Assembly: GCA_021613535.1 (NCBI GenBank)
Contig: CP075494.1
Location: 13,330,001-13,394,000 of the forward strand
DNA length: 64,000 nt
Direction: 5' to 3'
DNA from: Adineta vaga
Taxonomy: Eukaryota > Animalia > Rotifera
The notes below the pieces were generated by a model. The model had not been told where the DNA came from and made no database searches. It saw only the letters and a list, made by a program, of their open reading frames with translations. The position numbers were made by a program, and so were the translations under genes. Shown here in pieces: positions 62,341 to 64,000 of this stretch; position 1 is the first letter of the stretch; each line of letters begins with the position of its first letter.

Positions 62341-63312
62341 TTACATTGATATCTTTCTAAAGCAACGTTTTCTTTCCATCCATAGAAATCTCTTCAATTC
62401 ACGACGAAATCGTTCTGATGTTAATATATTTACATAGAATGAAACAGAAAATTGTGCATAATATACTGTCACGATAATAAATCGAATAAATCGTCGTTGA
62501 AATTTATGTTTCAAAGAATTCTCTTTTTGCGATATAAAATACGATAAATAAATCAATCCACCCGTATAAAATAATGTGAATATAACACTAACAAAAACAT
62601 TACTAATTAACATTAAACTTAAATAATGATTTCGTCATATGGAACGTCGATATAGAAGTACTCGTCGTTGAATAGAACGAAGTTTGTTCAATGTTAACAT
62701 ACCAAAAATAACCATTAAACATGGAAATAGAAATCCTGATAAAATGAGATTATGTACAGAAATAAAAACAACATAAAAAGAATTCGAATAATAACAAAAA
62801 TGATTTTCAATAGATATATCACTATAAATAATCATATGAGAAAGAATTATACTCCAAAATATAACAAGAGTATAAATAATTCGATTGGCCATGGATTTTG
62901 TTAATAATCGACTGTAACAAGGTTTATTTACGCTAACCAAATATCGATTTATACAAGCGAAGAGTATATAACTTTGAGAGAGAAATCCTCCGATATTAAT
63001 GAAATAATTTCGAAGTTTACATAGAATTGATGAGTGATGAAATGGAGAAATACCAAAGCCATATTCAAGAATTGTACAAAGAAAACCAATATTTAATTGA
63101 AATGCATTAGCAAATGATGCAGCAAGAAAATAATGTGAACATGATGAAGAGATTAGATATGGACGACGAAAGATTATTGTATTTAATAAACATCCAATAT
63201 TACCAATAATAAATAATGTAATTAATAATGTATATGTCAATTGTGTTTGTAATGATTTCAATCTATCGATTATATATTGATCTTCGATGGTAATATTACT
63301 TATTGTATTCAT
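62341..63312 (-). pseudogene. Orphan rhodopsin-like GPCR interrupted by a single in-frame TGA
   Basis: GNIGCLLN, CKLRNY, ACINRY and seven hydrophobic segments over two ORFs in the same frame. The junction reads ATA TGA CGA AAT at 62640-62629. Confidence 0.8.
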
Positions 63313-64000
63313 ATTGAAATGAAAACTAGAATAATTTTATGAGAAAACAAAGTAGAATATCAACAACAAACTGCGTACATAGTAATATTTTATTGTTAAA
63401 TAGAAATATCGCGTGTAGAAAGTGTTACATGCAACTTACAATATGACAGGTGATTCTATTATTAAAACTTTGTTATAGTTCCTTTCATTATCCAAAAGTT
63501 TCTATTCTGTAGTGATTAAATTTCTATAATCTCGAATTTAATATGAATAGAATTCACGTCTCAAAGAACAGATCTAACGAAAATCGAAGTAATAAATATA
63601 GCGAAATGTTAAAACTATTTTCTGATTCTATATGACTTAAAAGTATATGAAAACTCAAATTTATAAAATTTGAGTTAAACAGATGGTAATCTTATTGATT
63701 GTACTTTTTCCAGGGTTTATCTATTTTTTCAAAAATAACATGATTAAATTCATGGAGACTCCTCGATAAAAAAAAATTCTTCTCGGTAATATGAACAAAT
63801 AGAATTTATTTTTGACAAAACATATATTTTTTCAAAGAAAATAAAATAAATAACTGAAAGACACTCATGAAATCACATTATTTCCCCAAAAAAGATATTT
63901 GATTGTAAAAAGTATACTTACACATTGAAATAGTTCTTTGTCATCCATAGAAAAATCTTCTTAGCACGAACTTATCTATTATTTATAGTCGTATCCGACA

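Noticed and set aside
63652-63676. Perfect 11-bp hairpin (aactcaaattt/aaatttgagtt)
   Set aside because: Almost all A/T in an AT-rich genome, with no supporting context.
1-64000. Bacterial or fungal contamination as the source of foreign-looking genes
   Set aside because: The GH45, I13 and ART-NACHT genes carry spliceosomal introns and sit among clearly metazoan genes (chimaerin, neuropeptide GPCR, Ly6) on one contig.

Overview
AT-rich, gene-dense eukaryotic DNA with many ~45-60 nt GT-AG introns. The gene mix (F-box/LRR genes, orphan rhodopsin GPCR, ART-domain protein, fungal-type GH45 cellulase, bacterial-like SDR) fits a bdelloid rotifer; this is inferred, not proven. I read about 22 intact genes and several pseudogenes. 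The standout is an NLR-like gene at 24900-30694. An in-frame intron joins an R-S-E mono-ADP-ribosyltransferase effector to a NACHT NTPase and a HEAT-repeat sensor. The sensor contains nine near-identical 105-nt repeat units that vary at two fixed codon positions. The gene lies beside hairpin elements and a 5'-truncated SDR pseudogene. Other highlights: a tandem pair of CCCH-zinc-finger plus tandem-BRCT genes with a decayed third copy, a Mucorales-like 3xCBM1-GH45 cellulase built from phase-1 exon modules, a potato-inhibitor-I gene with P1 Glu and a dead tandem copy, a CaaX-terminated ankyrin protein, and a GPCR broken by one in-frame TGA. All exon structures were read by eye and need RNA-seq confirmation.
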